Below are positions 14,157 through 28,024 of a stretch of 64,000 nt of DNA, piece after piece. The stretch is taken from NCBI GenBank assembly GCA_003344405.1, contig NOWV01000166.1, positions 62,001 through 126,000 of the forward strand, read 5' to 3'. Position 1 is the first letter of the stretch; each line of letters starts with the position of its first letter. The stretch comes from Trichoplax sp. H2. Taxonomy: Eukaryota. The position numbers and the translations under genes are program-made. The notes beneath the pieces were generated by a model. That model had not been told where the DNA came from. It was given only the letters and a program-made list of their open reading frames with translations, and did not search any database.

Positions 14157-17100
14157 TTATGATCTTGCATTTTTTCCTCTAATAAGGTCTGCCACTTTCT
14201 CACCAATCATCATACAAGCCGCGTTAGTATTGCCGGAAACAATGCAGGGCATAATGGATGCGTCTGCTACACGGATCCCATCTAAACCGTGGATTCTAAT
14301 TTTAAAAATAATAAAATTAATGCAATCAATGCAATTTTCATATTCTAAAATGCTGTGTGCAGTATTATTTTAAGATCATTTTACATAATAATATTGCCAG
14401 TGCAACTAAAATTATAGGTGATACATATACGATACACGTATATACCTTAGATCTGAATCAACCACAGTTGTAGGATCGTCAACAGCACCCATCTTACACG
14501 TACCAACCTAATAGTATATTAATACGTTTAAGAGAGTAAAGGAAGCTATTTTTTTAATTAAGTATACAGCGGCAGGGCTATTTACGCTTAATAGATTAAG
14601 TTGTAGAATTTTGCCTTATATCATGGAAAGCTAACGTACCGGGTGAAAGCAGTCCATGCCATATACTCTTATAACATCTTTCCAGTATTCAATGCTGTTA
14701 TACTCATGTGATGAATCAATTTTATAACGCAAAACTTCTTTAATATACGAACAAAGTGGCTCTGTCTCCAACAGCTTAATGGCATATTGCACTATCTAAA
14801 GATCAAATAGGAAGAAGTTAAGATCTATATACAAGGGTTATTTGTTTTCATAGTATCGTTTGCGATTAGATAAATTAAATAATTATATCGTGATTCATAA
14901 AGTAAACATTTGCCATATAATTGACTATAAATTTCTTTAGCATTTAATAACCTTAGCCATGGCTGTTAAGTCATCAGGATCATCATAATATTTAGGATCA
15001 ATATCAGGATACTCTGCTGGATCAGTACTTCTCAGTTTTACCGTTCCTCTACTTTTAGGATGTAGCAGTACGGGTACTAGAGTGAATCCTAAGTCGAATA
15101 TTGTATTTTTAGTGATTGGCATATTGCACATCTAAGTAATAGGAAACTTAAAATACCTGCAATTAAACATCAGTACGTGTATTTATATATTTAAATACCT
15201 ATATTATATATACATATCTATAAAACAAATACGTCGCGCAGAAATGTTCCAGTGAGGCTAGCTACCATTTCAATTTACTTATTTGTGATTATTATTTCTT
15301 ACCTTCTTGATCTTGAGCCATAGAATTGCCTATGAATAACGGGAAATGCCTAAGACAATATGAATATGATTATATTTTAGGACATTTAATGCGTTTCTTT
15401 CAATCATTTTAAAAATAAAAACTATTGCCAATGCCAAAATAATTTAAGTCCTAAAGGCTCTGCAAAGATGTTAATTAGTGTTCTCAGTATTCTCTTCATT
15501 GAACACTTTAATAACTAGCGCTATTTTCAATCTTCATCGTTGTGTCAGAATAAAAACTTTGAGCAATCTTACTTTTCTTTATTATAGCCTAAGTTTTCGT
15601 AGTAAAATTTATCGCTCAGTACACCATAGCCAAACAAATGGATCTGAGTATCGGGCCATGGTAGTGCATCCTAAAATAACAAAGCAGTTTAACTATAAAT
15701 GCTATCAGCATGTAACAGCTATTCGGCTAAAATTTATTTTTAAAGCGCCTCTAGATATATAGATGGAATACAGATGTTATTACTTAATATCAGTATCTTG
15801 AGAAACTATACTCGACATCTGTTTAATTGTAAATGATGATTAAATAATATTTATAACTTAATTAATTAATTGTAGCAAAGTCTTTGCTATAACCTTTGCA
15901 TGCATAGAATCCTAATAGAAGTCGCTTACAGTAAAAAATATAATTAGGGAGAGTGAAGAAGAAATGATCCCACATTTAAATTAGCTATAAATTTACATTT
16001 TATGACACTATAGTTAAAATTAGGGAAACTAACAAAAAAATGGATTTGGAAATAAGTTAAAAGAAGTTCGCAATATACAAAATTCCTAAATACTATTTAT
16101 AAATGGATATAACTGATAAAAGAATTTGTTACGGTGATATTTAGTACATTTATTGTAGCATTTCATTTCGATTTCATGCTTATTCTATCATTGTATGATA
16201 TAATATGGTTAGAATATAACTTAAGACGTAGCATTTCCTTACACTGTCATCAACAGCATTAACAAATCCGCTAGCAAGGTATCCGCTTGAAGCTATTACA
16301 CCCTGTAAAAAATCAATTCGTAATTATGTATTATTTTATATTCTAGAACTGTAAGATTGCATCCAAAATTGGGTTATTCTAATCCGATAGACGATTATAT
16401 TACGACTTCTGACCTTGCCTTTAAAAAGGTATTTCAGAATAGATGACAGTTTAGTAGCAGACTTTAAATTTAAAGTAGAGTTTTGCAAGTCTTTGGTTAA
16501 AGAACTAATGGAGATTGCGTTGTGATCCTGAAATATAGATATGTAAAGTACAGAATTAAACGATTATCATCATAATGGCAGTAGGCTACTTTTCAACATC
16601 ATATAAACCTATCTTCCGTGTCATTAACTATAACAAAATCATACCTGCATATTCCTTCCAACCGGTAAATTAGCAACCACCGGAATCTATAATATAGCAT
16701 TTTAAATTTCAAATTTTACTATAATTAGGAGTACATATACTTCTATAGTGAGATCCTCTATTTATAAGTATTTGAATAGATTAGTATTGCTATTTGAGGG
16801 TAAAGATTTAAATTCTACCTCTAGTTTTTCTAAATCCTCCTTAGGTCCTACTCCTGATAGTAGAAGGATTTGTGGTGAGCCAATAACACCTCCACATACT
16901 ATTACCTCGCTATTGCATGATATTGTTATAATTTTGTCGCTATTTTAAAAAAATAATTATTTCACGTATTGAAAAACAGATTGAATAAAAGAAGTATCTT
17001 CTATAAGGTAATTTAGTTCGTTGAAAATAACAATATTAGTAAAATAGAAACGGATAGGTTACAATGTATCTCTATGGGAACACGTTACTTCGTACTGTAG

Positions 17101-20100
17101 TAACATAATCTGTAGCGATGCATAGTAATCTGTTGGTCCTTATTAGCAATTATTGTTCAAGTACTACTGCAGAGGCATATAATCAACATAGGATAAAGCT
17201 AAAAGTCCCAGGATAATCATTTTGTAGCACGTACTAAACACGAACTAATAACAAGTTATGCGATTAGTTTTATCTTATAGTATTACTATAATATGAGGAA
17301 ATTTTTGATTCTGTATACAGTAAAAGCCGAGATGTAAGTTTACAAAGTATCATACTGTATTTCTTGAAAGACCATGTACATTTCTTTCGTTATCAACATT
17401 GGTAGATTAGTACTTACTTTTTTGAAAATTCAACGCCTACGGCTCTGTTCTCCTTAAACACAACCTATGAGTGGAAGGCAATGGGTAAAATTTTAGCGAC
17501 ATCGATTAATGCCACTGTAGCAAAAAAAGAGCAAATTCAGAGGGGAAAAAAGTATCGTGGTCCACCCCGAAAGATTTAACCATAGTAGCAAATGGAAATT
17601 TTCTTGAAAAATAGCATTTCAAGAATGGATTACCTTTCTGACGAGACAATTAACGCCAATAGCCAAATTTCTACGCCTCAGAACCTTAGATGTCAAGTAA
17701 GATGCAGCTGTGCTTTGTCGCTGTCCATTTTTGATTACTAATTGGCCTAAATCAAATCCATTCTAAAATGATAGTATTACATGAGAAATTTGCCAGGTAA
17801 ATAACCTTTCGTTTACATTTATAACGGTTACATTAGAAGAATACAATCATCTGCGATTAAAGGAATATCGATAGTAAATATGCCAATACTGTACTGATAC
17901 ACACTTATGATTTTGCATCGACTCCAAAGCTATAATTTCATAATTTTAATTTACTGACAGCTTACTAAACTCCTCAACTGGATTAAACTTTATTACGACA
18001 GATTAAGTACTAGTTTACTACGATACATTACATTTCAATAATCAAGATATCTCAAGTTTAATATTGCAATGTGCACGACAGGGTAACTTAATTTCATGCA
18101 TGGAAGTTTGCATGCTCAATAAAGCTTGAATATACAAGAGCTCTATACTTAAATTTATTTGAAGTAGCCCTAGAGCCCTTTAATTAGTTAAACTTTAGAG
18201 CCTTCGCAACTATTAGCCATACTCGAATAACTCAACTGCAATATTGCACTACTGCGTTACTGAACAAAAATATGTAAGAAAATACTAGCAATTTAAACAT
18301 AATCATACACTGTACTAATGACTTATTGTAATGGTCAGCTATAGTTCGTACGAAGAAATTTATCTAATGATCCATTGCCGTTGTGATAAGTAATTTTCTC
18401 ATGCTATCTCTTTTTTTTGGCAGAGGTAAGTATTTATTGGATAGTTGAATGGTTTAAATAAGAAGTCAATCAGACAAAACTACATATCTGCTATAAAAAA
18501 TACCGTACACTGTCATTTCTACTTCTATTCTATTAAATGCAAGCCTGACAGAAGGATCTCAAGTGTCCTTAACATATTACTTGTTGATATATGCTGTATG
18601 GAAATCATAGCATAACTACAGTAGTACTACATCGTAGGATCCAAATATAAAAATGTAATTTTAAGTAATGTCCTACTAAAGCTGTTCAAATTCTAAATAA
18701 AGATTTAAGCTGAAAGTATCTTATTCTGTAAGATAAAAATTAATTTTTAGCCCTTGTCAAGCATACTACGTGCTAGTCAGAAATGTATTGAATCACTGTC
18801 AGCATAACTATAGCACGTACAAGGAGTTCTTATCCGTAACCAAATTACAGTATATTTACCTTGACTCCACTGTTAATATCACATTCTTTATTTCCCAACT
18901 TCACGCCTAAAATGAATACGTTAATACGACTCGTAGTTAACGACAGTATATTAGATATGATTATACAACTGTGTTATGATAACATTTATATCTATCCAAT
19001 CACTCTATTATAACGAATCGTAATACATAATCGAGCATTGTAATTAAAGTAATTACCTGCTTTAACAAAAGCATCAGTTACTGGAGTAGTAAATGATGGG
19101 TCAGTCACAGTTACTGGACCTCCTACCCCGTGGGCAGGATCTTTTCGAAATTCTGGCCTAAATTAGGTATATTGTTATCGATTAAAATCCTTTTTAATCA
19201 ATGACGTAGGCTGTTATCAGACAATTTTTTCTTGTTATCTATGGCATTCAAATGTACAAACGCTATCGTGATATCATTTGCGGTAGCTTTTATGAAAGTA
19301 GCTATGAAATAAAAAGTAATACTATGCTGACTAGTTTTACATTGAGATTCGAACTAATTAGTTAGTAAGTATTTTTCCAGATTAGCCAGTTATTTTATCA
19401 TGTCATATGAATTATTAGTTTATGATCTTCAATTAATTTTTTCTAATTACATCGTTTCTCATTGCTATTCTTCAATGTATCAAGATGTAATAGTGCTTAC
19501 CTGATGTTATTTTCGGATTTAATGAAGTATGGCAGTACACTTTCGAAATTCCAGCCTTGCGCACCTAGGCAGGAATGCATTTAAATAGTTAACATTGCCG
19601 TCAATAATTGCTAAATTTAGGCCCATGTTTTAAAAGTATCATAATAATACAGATATATCTGCTAAGGGGAAGTCATCTAATACTAGGCCTTACGGTTAAA
19701 TTTACTATACATAATAAGACGATTATCGCGATTCTAAAAAACTTCGTGGCATATAATTATAATAGTTAATCTGTTACCATTGCAAATGATGTAGTAAACA
19801 TGGGAATCAATAATGTAATTTCAAGATCTAAGTCTACATTTTCAGTTTAAGTAAGGCTTGTGAGCATATTTTAATTTCATTTACCCATCTCTTGCCAAGT
19901 ATCATAATCTCCCTTGCACCCACGTATATAGACCATAAAATTAATAGAGCTACATCCTCCAAGCACCTTAGTATAAAACGTTATAATAGAGTTAGTGTAC
20001 GGCTATCAGTATTTAAACAAGATTTCACACATACGGGTATGCCTGAATACTGTATACATTCTGCGTACTACTGCGATAATAATACTACTTAATCGCAAAA

Positions 20101-20651
20101 ACTACAAAGGATACAAGTTTAAGGATAGAATATGATAATTACTCTTCCTCTTGGAATGCTAGCGACCTGTCCACACGCTAATCGCGAATTCGATTGCTCA
20201 ACCGACTATAAATTTAATTGACATAATTGAATAAATAAGGTGATAAACTTTATGGTTAATTTCTATCATCAGCTACATCAAAATCATCAACTTATGCTGT
20301 TATTATCAATTGTTTTTAACAATTTGTTTAATACGAGTATCGATACTCAATATGGGAGAAAAAAATTCGAAAGACGGATACTGCAATACTGAATCTAATA
20401 AGAAAAACCTTATAGCTCCAATCGAAATTGGGGTCATTATGCAAATCAATTGTTTTTGCAGGAACTTTTAAAGCACTTTTCTTCTCATGGCTAGGACCGG
20501 CTTCCAATAATAAAACAGTAGTTTTAAGATCTTCACTCAAGCGATTGGCGATAACGCAACCAGCAGAGCCACCTCCAATGACTATATAGTCATAAGCTGG
20601 CAAGAAATTATCGGTGATAGCACTTCGTTTGGTGAAATATGAATAAGACAT
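14157..20651 (-). CDS. GMC (glucose-methanol-choline) FAD oxidoreductase, paralog 1, multi-exon
   Basis: First exon [29 protein letters not shown] (Rossmann GxGxxG). Later exons encode [21 protein letters not shown] (~20143-20206, 19885-19967), [22 protein letters not shown] (~16820-16940), [25 protein letters not shown] (14952-15131), DCFHP|VGTCKMG and [40 protein letters not shown]. Confidence 0.92.
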
Positions 20652-23600
20652 ACTTGTACTTCAAGGGACACTATCACTGTTGAGAAAGAAGACTTTTGAT
20701 TTTAGATTTTAGTAACTTGAATAGTTGAATAAAAAATCATTTACGATAATCGCTGAATCAATCTATTACGTAAAAATACATCTACTACGGGTTGTATAAT
20801 CTTTAACTTATAGCTCATTCACGATTTGGTTTGGTGAATTAAACTAGAATTAAATTTTAATTTGTAATACAAGTATGAGTATAACGGAATAAGATAATTT
20901 AATTATTATACTAGCACTACTTATCATGACAATATTTACCTACCGGCTAAAGGAACTCTTTAAAATGTTGATATTCCTACGGTTATCTTCAAGCTTTCCT
21001 AACAGATAGGATCAAAATTTAGATTTCTACTTAAGTAATCAATCGTGCCTGGTTCTAGAGAAAAATTCTATCCCAGGTTGATTATTTAGTCTGCATATAT
21101 TATAGACCGGTCCGTTAATGGTTTCAAGCCCAAAATCTTAAACTTTCTCACGGAAAGTCAAATAATTAATCAACAATATTGGTCGTAACACCTACCGAAT
21201 TTACGATAATATCTCATTATTCAAGTTATTATCATAACAATCGATTGTTTCTTTAGTTGAAGCCTAAGAACTGACGTAAATCCAAGGTAGTTATTGTATT
21301 GAAATATGGGCATTAAATGTAAACAGCAGCTATAATTATTCATCTAGAAACTACCTAATCACCCCGATTATAGGTCATCATGATGGTGTCATAATAATCA
21401 GTTTAGATTTTTGTGCTGCACCTCACTGGAACGGGCTACGAGCAGAAATAGATGTGCATTGGACGTATCATGGTCGTAAGAGTAGCTTTTTTATTGGGCA
21501 ACAGCTAGGCCTCAGACACTAAATTTGGGCTAAAATATTTAATAGGGCTTAGTTTTTCTTTAAATGTAGTAGACTGCTATATACTAGACACCTGTAGATA
21601 TAACTATGTTAAACTGTATCAAGCATTACCGATCTTGCAGCAAGCAAACAACTACCATCCAACTAGAATTGCCTATAATCCCAGTCACGATGTTATGATA
21701 CTTTTCCACCATTTCACAGTGTGATGTCGGTGGGCAAAGCCAAGGACAATTGAAAACGTAAAGAGTTCTTTACAAAATGATAGAGGCCTCAAGTAGAGCA
21801 CGATATGGCAGTCTACGTCAAATAGTGTATTGTATTATATAATAGGCGAAAATTACGTAATAATATAGACCGTGATCGTGCATTAAATTGTCCGTAATAT
21901 GTATGTTATATCATTCAGTAGAATGCGATATTGTACCGCACTGTACTGCAAGGTCCTTTGTTGGGTACCCGAGTTGCTATACTATATAATATTTGGGAAA
22001 AATTCGACGTATATTGCCTGTAAGCTAATGTGTATGAGATATGTAAATAGGCAATACCATGTTAGTAGACATAGCACCAAAATGAAGGATCAACAAACTA
22101 AATTAGTCGCTGTATTAAGCTCTCATGCTAGACTTCTGTCTCGTTATATTTGTATTTACTGTTAACATCAGATGTCTATCTTGACCTTTAGTTCGATATA
22201 TGCGTAGAAGAGTAACTTATAGTTATTGTTAAATCAATAAAAATGATTCTGTATTATATGTCGTACTTCATGGCGCCAAAAGTGCTATCATCGATATGAA
22301 AATGGATGTTTGCGAATGCATTATCGAAATGTTACTTTAAACAAGAAAAAGAGCCAATTTACCTGATAGGTCGCTATGGCTCGTAAATTTATATCAATAT
22401 GGCAATATGTTATATTTACTTAATAGTATGGAATGTTAGCCTGTTTGTCTGCTGAACTCTCTATCTAATGTTTAAAGTGTCTCTATACAAAATGAATTCA
22501 TTTGCAACTTTAATTCAATACCGTAATTGAAATTTATATTAAGATTACTAAGATAGTTATTTTTAATACAACATAATCTGCATGAGTCCCAAACTCGGTT
22601 CAACGAAGGATGCAATACTGTAGGCCAATATGAATATTCGAGATAGCACTATAAACCAATAATTGTCACGTCAAAATTTGGTTATAAATTATTTCTATGA
22701 ATCTTCCAATTATCCTTTGATTGAAAGTACTAAGAAATAAGTAACAGTTAATGAGCTAATGTTTTTTATCATCCGCAAATTTTAGCTGTCTTTAAGATTA
22801 TAGCTCATGTCTTATGAAGACAGCAAGCACAATCGATTGAAACGGTAGTACTTGCATGATTATGGTATATTCGTGCATAAGACTAATGAAACAACCGTTA
22901 TCGCCGATTGATAGTTGTGCAAGTAATAGCGCTAATAGCTATCAGCATTCATTTAACAGTTCTAGCCGATCTTTAAATACAATTATTCAAAATTAGTATT
23001 TTAACGAAGAAATAAATAGCACTCTTCCAAGTTGTCAAATAATGCAATTTGGCATAAAGGTAGTGCGTAGTGCTATTCATTACAATAAATTATACGGTAG
23101 CCTTTACATAAATTCACTACTATACCAGAAGATTAGACTTTTCGAGAAAATTTGCAATTGCTTTGGATTGTAACGGAAATTAAATTTCATGTCTGAGAAT
23201 TCATAAGATTTTCATATAAACATTGTTAGCGAATAAATTATCAGCACACATACACTAAAGTTTGGTATTTAAAAAAATTCTCAATTAATAGCGGAATGTG
23301 CTAAAGATATCCCTAATTTTCATTTCGCAGTTAAACTGGTAAGCCAGCAACTGCGTAACGTAAAGCTATCCTATTCGATTGAAAAATTTCATTACAAGTT
23401 AATCATAATCTTTTCATACTTGTTCTCCACAAATAATGCAATGCCATAGGACAATCACCATTGGTGAATGATCATAATAGTTTACAAGACTGCAAATATA
23501 TCACGAAATAACATTGTATTTTTATAATATACGTAGATTATAAATATTTAAGAAATAAGAGTTCTTATACCTGATACACTGTATCAGATACCTTATTTCA

Positions 23601-23760
23601 GTTTTAGTTTATAATTTAACAAAAATTATGAGAAATCTTTACATATATTGTGATATCAAAGTAATTATAAGCTAGAGATCTATGTATAAAATTAATTATT
23701 TCAATTTAAGATATCTACAGGTAGTGAACTCAAAATATTTAAAGTTGAGTTATACTAACA

Positions 23761-26293
23761 CTATGAGCCGTCCTCTGTACAACCTTCATTATCTGACTTC
23801 TTCCAAAATATTATATCACCAAAAGCTGAAGCAGTTAACAGATACGGTTCTCTTGGGTGGAATGCTAAGGAATAAATAATATCTCGTTTCGATAGATTGG
23901 CATTTAATTTTGTCACTACAGAGCCCTACATATATTTTGTAGAAAAAGAGCGTAACATATACATCAATTAATAGCGACTTTAGGAATATTAATTTAATAG
24001 CAAATAATAAGAATGTATACTATCTATCTTTTCAATGCTCGTTAATAACAATACCCGTTTACCTCTACTAAATCCCATATAAAAATATACCCGTCTTCGG
24101 ATCCACTGACCACATGTGCATCGGTATGAGTGAAGCAACTATCAATTTTGTAATCTGAATTCTTATGACCGGTAAATCTTCATGACATTATATAATTTGA
24201 AAATCAGAAGGTGTTATTAACAAATGATAACTATTTGCAATATGTTAAACAATAGATACTGATTTGCATCATACTGTACATATGGAAAAAATCGCAGCCT
24301 ACTAGTATTTAAAATGCAATCCCTGTCAATTCGTCCTTACTAATCAGTACTTACTCATTTAAAAGCTGACCAGAATCTTTATCTAGTAAACGTAAAGTAT
24401 TATCTAGGCAAGAAGTCAGGATACATTGGCCATCCTTTGAATAGCTTACACTGGTTACAGGAGCTAAAAGATCCCATAGCGCGATGTTATGATTATTCAC
24501 AATATTATTCCTTTAGTTTTGCACTCATTACATCTTATATGATTATAGGTACCGTTACAGATCATGTTGTCATATTCGTAAACAAATTGTCGTAATATAT
24601 TAGTTCACTACATTAGCTTACGTCCAATGTAATCTTCATTCATTTTTCCAGCTCGTAAGTCATACAAACGTACTTTGCCATCTATGCAGCTAAAGATCAG
24701 AAGAACTTTGTGAAAATAAAGTATAAATGCAACCTAATAATAATTAGATGTGTAATCAGCTCAAATCTTTCTACCCAGATATAATCTCATGGTTGGAAAC
24801 TTTAACGCTCGAAATACTATCAGAAGCTTCGTCCAAGACTTGAATAGGATCATAGCGCCTCGATCTAAATTAATAATTATAATACTTAAATAGTGTCATT
24901 GTACCTAGGGTAAATGTTCAGACAGTAGAAAGATATAAACCATAAATACCGATTAAAAATCGACTCAGTATTATTATCACAGTCTGTGAAATTATTCCTA
25001 TTTGTCAAACCTGGTATCCCATGTCCTGATGGTAGCATCATACGATCCTAGAAATTAAATCATTGAATGGGAACTCATTAGTGGTATCTCTCATCATATT
25101 CATAGTCTACCCAATTCTTGATTAATTATTGAAGAAATGAAAATTTGTTATGCACAAACCTGTCACAATTACCGTACACTCATCATTGAAAGCAATGGAA
25201 TTAATAGCCTACAAACAATCACGACGGTCACATGTTACCACAAACATTTAACTGTCATATTTAGCATGACTGATCAAAATAATCTAATTCTACGAATACA
25301 AACATCTATACGCTTATAGACATCAACTACTTTACAAGTTAATAATTGGTAGCAAATATTTTATCCTTAGACTTACAAAATAATTACTAAAAAAGTATTT
25401 GCATATCACAATTAAATACTTTGATACTGTTAGGTATCAACCATATTGATAAAGTATGAATTTTAAATATCTATCCAAGTTATCCCGCGCCTTCATAGTG
25501 CACATGCCGTAGAACGTAACCTACCCCAGAGTGTCCTCTAAATTTTCGAATAATTTGACCAGTACCGACATCCCAAAGAATGATCATCTTATCGGTTCCT
25601 CCAGAAGCAAGTCTGCTATTGTCTAAGGTTCTAGTACCGATAAAAGTACAACATTCAGCTTTATATCGGATCAGATATTATCGCTTTGATTTATACACAA
25701 ACGGACCTATACAGTATACTACAGTACAATCTAGTAGTCTATATCGTCAATGATGATAGGCGTTACATTTAAGTTAATAATGAGGCTTTAGCTTAGCAAC
25801 TTACGCTGCAATATCTAATACTTCTTGACCGTGCCCTTTATAGGTTTTGATAGATAGTGCAGAGTGAGGATTCCATAGTTTAATGATTTTGTCACTTCCA
25901 CAGCTCAAGCAGTAATTACCATTGTCTGAAGAGGAGATTGTTATTAGACAAATTGACCAGCATTATTGACGAGTAATTTATCAATCAACTCGTATTCAGA
26001 CAGAGGGTTATTCGCTCATTAAATACTAGCTAAACCTGCACACCATGGTTTGCGAATGAGATTTCTTCTTATTCTAATATAAATTATCCATGATCTACTC
26101 GACACACAATGATTTCAGCTTGTGATACTTTGCTATAAACTATTTGTTTATCCAGTATTGAGCTGGTAAATTGTCCATTAGACTTACTGTTAAATCGAAC
26201 TGCTCGTACAGGACCTTGATGACCACGGAGGGTGCTTGCAGGTGTATCAGGAAGCTGAGCTGCTACAGCAGCCATTGCATGAACTGTCGCCAT
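23761..26293 (-). CDS. WDR83: WD repeat-containing protein 83 (MORG1)
   Basis: Spliced translation LRGHQGPVRAVRFN|NNGNYCLSCGSDKIIKLWNP...YKGHGQEVLD, ASGGTDKMIILWDVGTGQIIRKFRGHSG, NSIAFNDECTVIVT|GSYDATIRTWD, DPIQVLDEASDSISSVKVSNHEI, FSKDGQCILTSCLDNTLRLLDKDSG, GHKNSDYKID...HVVSGSEDG, LAFHPREPYLLTA...EDGS*. Colinear with the MORG1 sequence as I recall it. Confidence 0.93.
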
Positions 26294-26324
26294 GGCTTCC
26301 AGCAAATTGCAAATGATTAGCCAG

Positions 26325-26440
26325 CCTATACTTACAGTACTGTAACTTGTAGGGTACAGTGTACAGTACATAAAACGCGTTACTGCACTCATCGTGACGT
26401 ACTGTACAGTACAGTGCTGTAGTCTGTACGTCTGTACCAT
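26325..26440. promoter_or_regulatory. TACAG/CTGTA tract immediately upstream of the WDR83 start codon (putative promoter or 5' region)
   Basis: TACAGTACTGTA, GTACAGTGTACAGTAC and GTACTGTACAGTACAGTG lie 30-150 bp 5' of the minus-strand ATG at 26293. The regulatory role is inferred from position only. Confidence 0.5.
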
Positions 26441-27081
26441 ACCAAATTAGCGAACGGGGATGGACAGTATTGCAGCCACCTGTCCAAGTGTCCATTAAAC
26501 TTCAAACCTTAAATTAAATTAAATGGCCTGATGTAAAAGTTAGGCTTGGTTTTTCGTGAAAAACCAATAAACCTCATTTAAAACAGTCTATTAAAAACGC
26601 AGATACCGATACAGTAAAGCTCAAGTTGAATAGTTTCAGCAAAGAAGAATTTTTAAGAGTGCAGACCGTATTACCCGTACATCTACAAGGCGAGGATGAT
26701 TGTACAGTAGACATTCCTTATTTAATACGGGTATACGCGTATGGTCGATTAAATAAATAATAATATTTGAATTGTACAAAATTGTCAACAATATACAGAA
26801 TACTGTCTACAGAATTAAAATTTATAAGTCGGTCTGATGTGCAGATCTCTGGTATATAGTTTGTTTATATTGTTAATGAATGGTTACAAACTAAAATCTG
26901 TACAAAAGTAAATACTGCCTAGAAATTTTGCTATAGACAGTAGAATACATGTATACATATTTGTCGTGCAAAATATATCTAGTAAATACGTATTAACCTG
27001 AAAATTTTGTACCAATAGTAGGATATGTATCGTGTAAATAAATTGTTGCAATAGTCTTACACGATCGCATAAATTATAAAT

Positions 27082-28024
27082 ATCTCAAATCAGTACTACT
27101 TTATGAACATTTGCAGTAACTAGTATGGTATTAGCAAAAGCCATTACCGGTATAAAATGTGAAAATTACAGCATTACCTTCTTTGGCTGTAACACAGCCA
27201 CTCATCATATGGATTAGAAACTGGAAANNNNNNNNNNNNNNNNNNNNAATTTCGTTAAGTAACTTTCGTATTAGTACTGTATGTTTACTGAATAAGGATG
27301 GTTACTATATACGGTATTAATGCTATGTTAAGGTTGGTGAGCGAAACTGTCAAATATACGTTTATGGTCAATTTGTTAATAAAATTAACAGATAGTATTA
27401 ACATTCAATATTATATATAGACTAACATCACTGAGGTTCAGTAACTTTTTACCGTTATCCGTGTACTGTATGCTGTACAAAAAGTAATGTACTATGCTAT
27501 ATTAAGATTAGTTAATAGTCCAAAGCACATTACGATAATTAATGTACGGTGATGGACATACCAAGTTAAGATTAGCAGGTACTGTTAGATATCTACAGTG
27601 CGGTTCAATGTCCTTAGTACTGTGGTCAATTCTATACCAATCATTATAATGTGTCTAAGGATCGCTGTCGTATGCAAGCAAAGCTTGCTCTGTCGATAAC
27701 AACCGTTATAAGAAAATGTAACAATGAAAATGGCTGTATAGAAAACTCTATAAAGATTCTATGTTTATTCAATTTTCATCAGAATATTGCATGAAATCAA
27801 AATTTAAAGGCCCAGTGGCCACCCTTAGCGATATAACGAATACTATTTTAATAATCAGTACTCTGGTGGGTGGGAGGGATCTCAAATCAGTACTACTTTA
27901 TGAACATTTGCAGTAACTAGCATGGTATTAGCAAAAGCCATTACCGGTATAAAATGTGAAAATTACAGCATTACCTTCTTTGGCTGTAACACAGCCACTC
28001 ATCATATGGATTAGAAACTGGAAA
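27082..28024. repeat. 146-bp direct repeat (27082-27227 and 27879-28024) straddling an assembly gap
   Basis: Near-identical copies (one T/C difference seen). The first copy ends exactly at the N-run 27228-27247. Confidence 0.9.
27228..27247. other. Assembly gap (20 N)
   Basis: Run of n. Confidence 1.
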
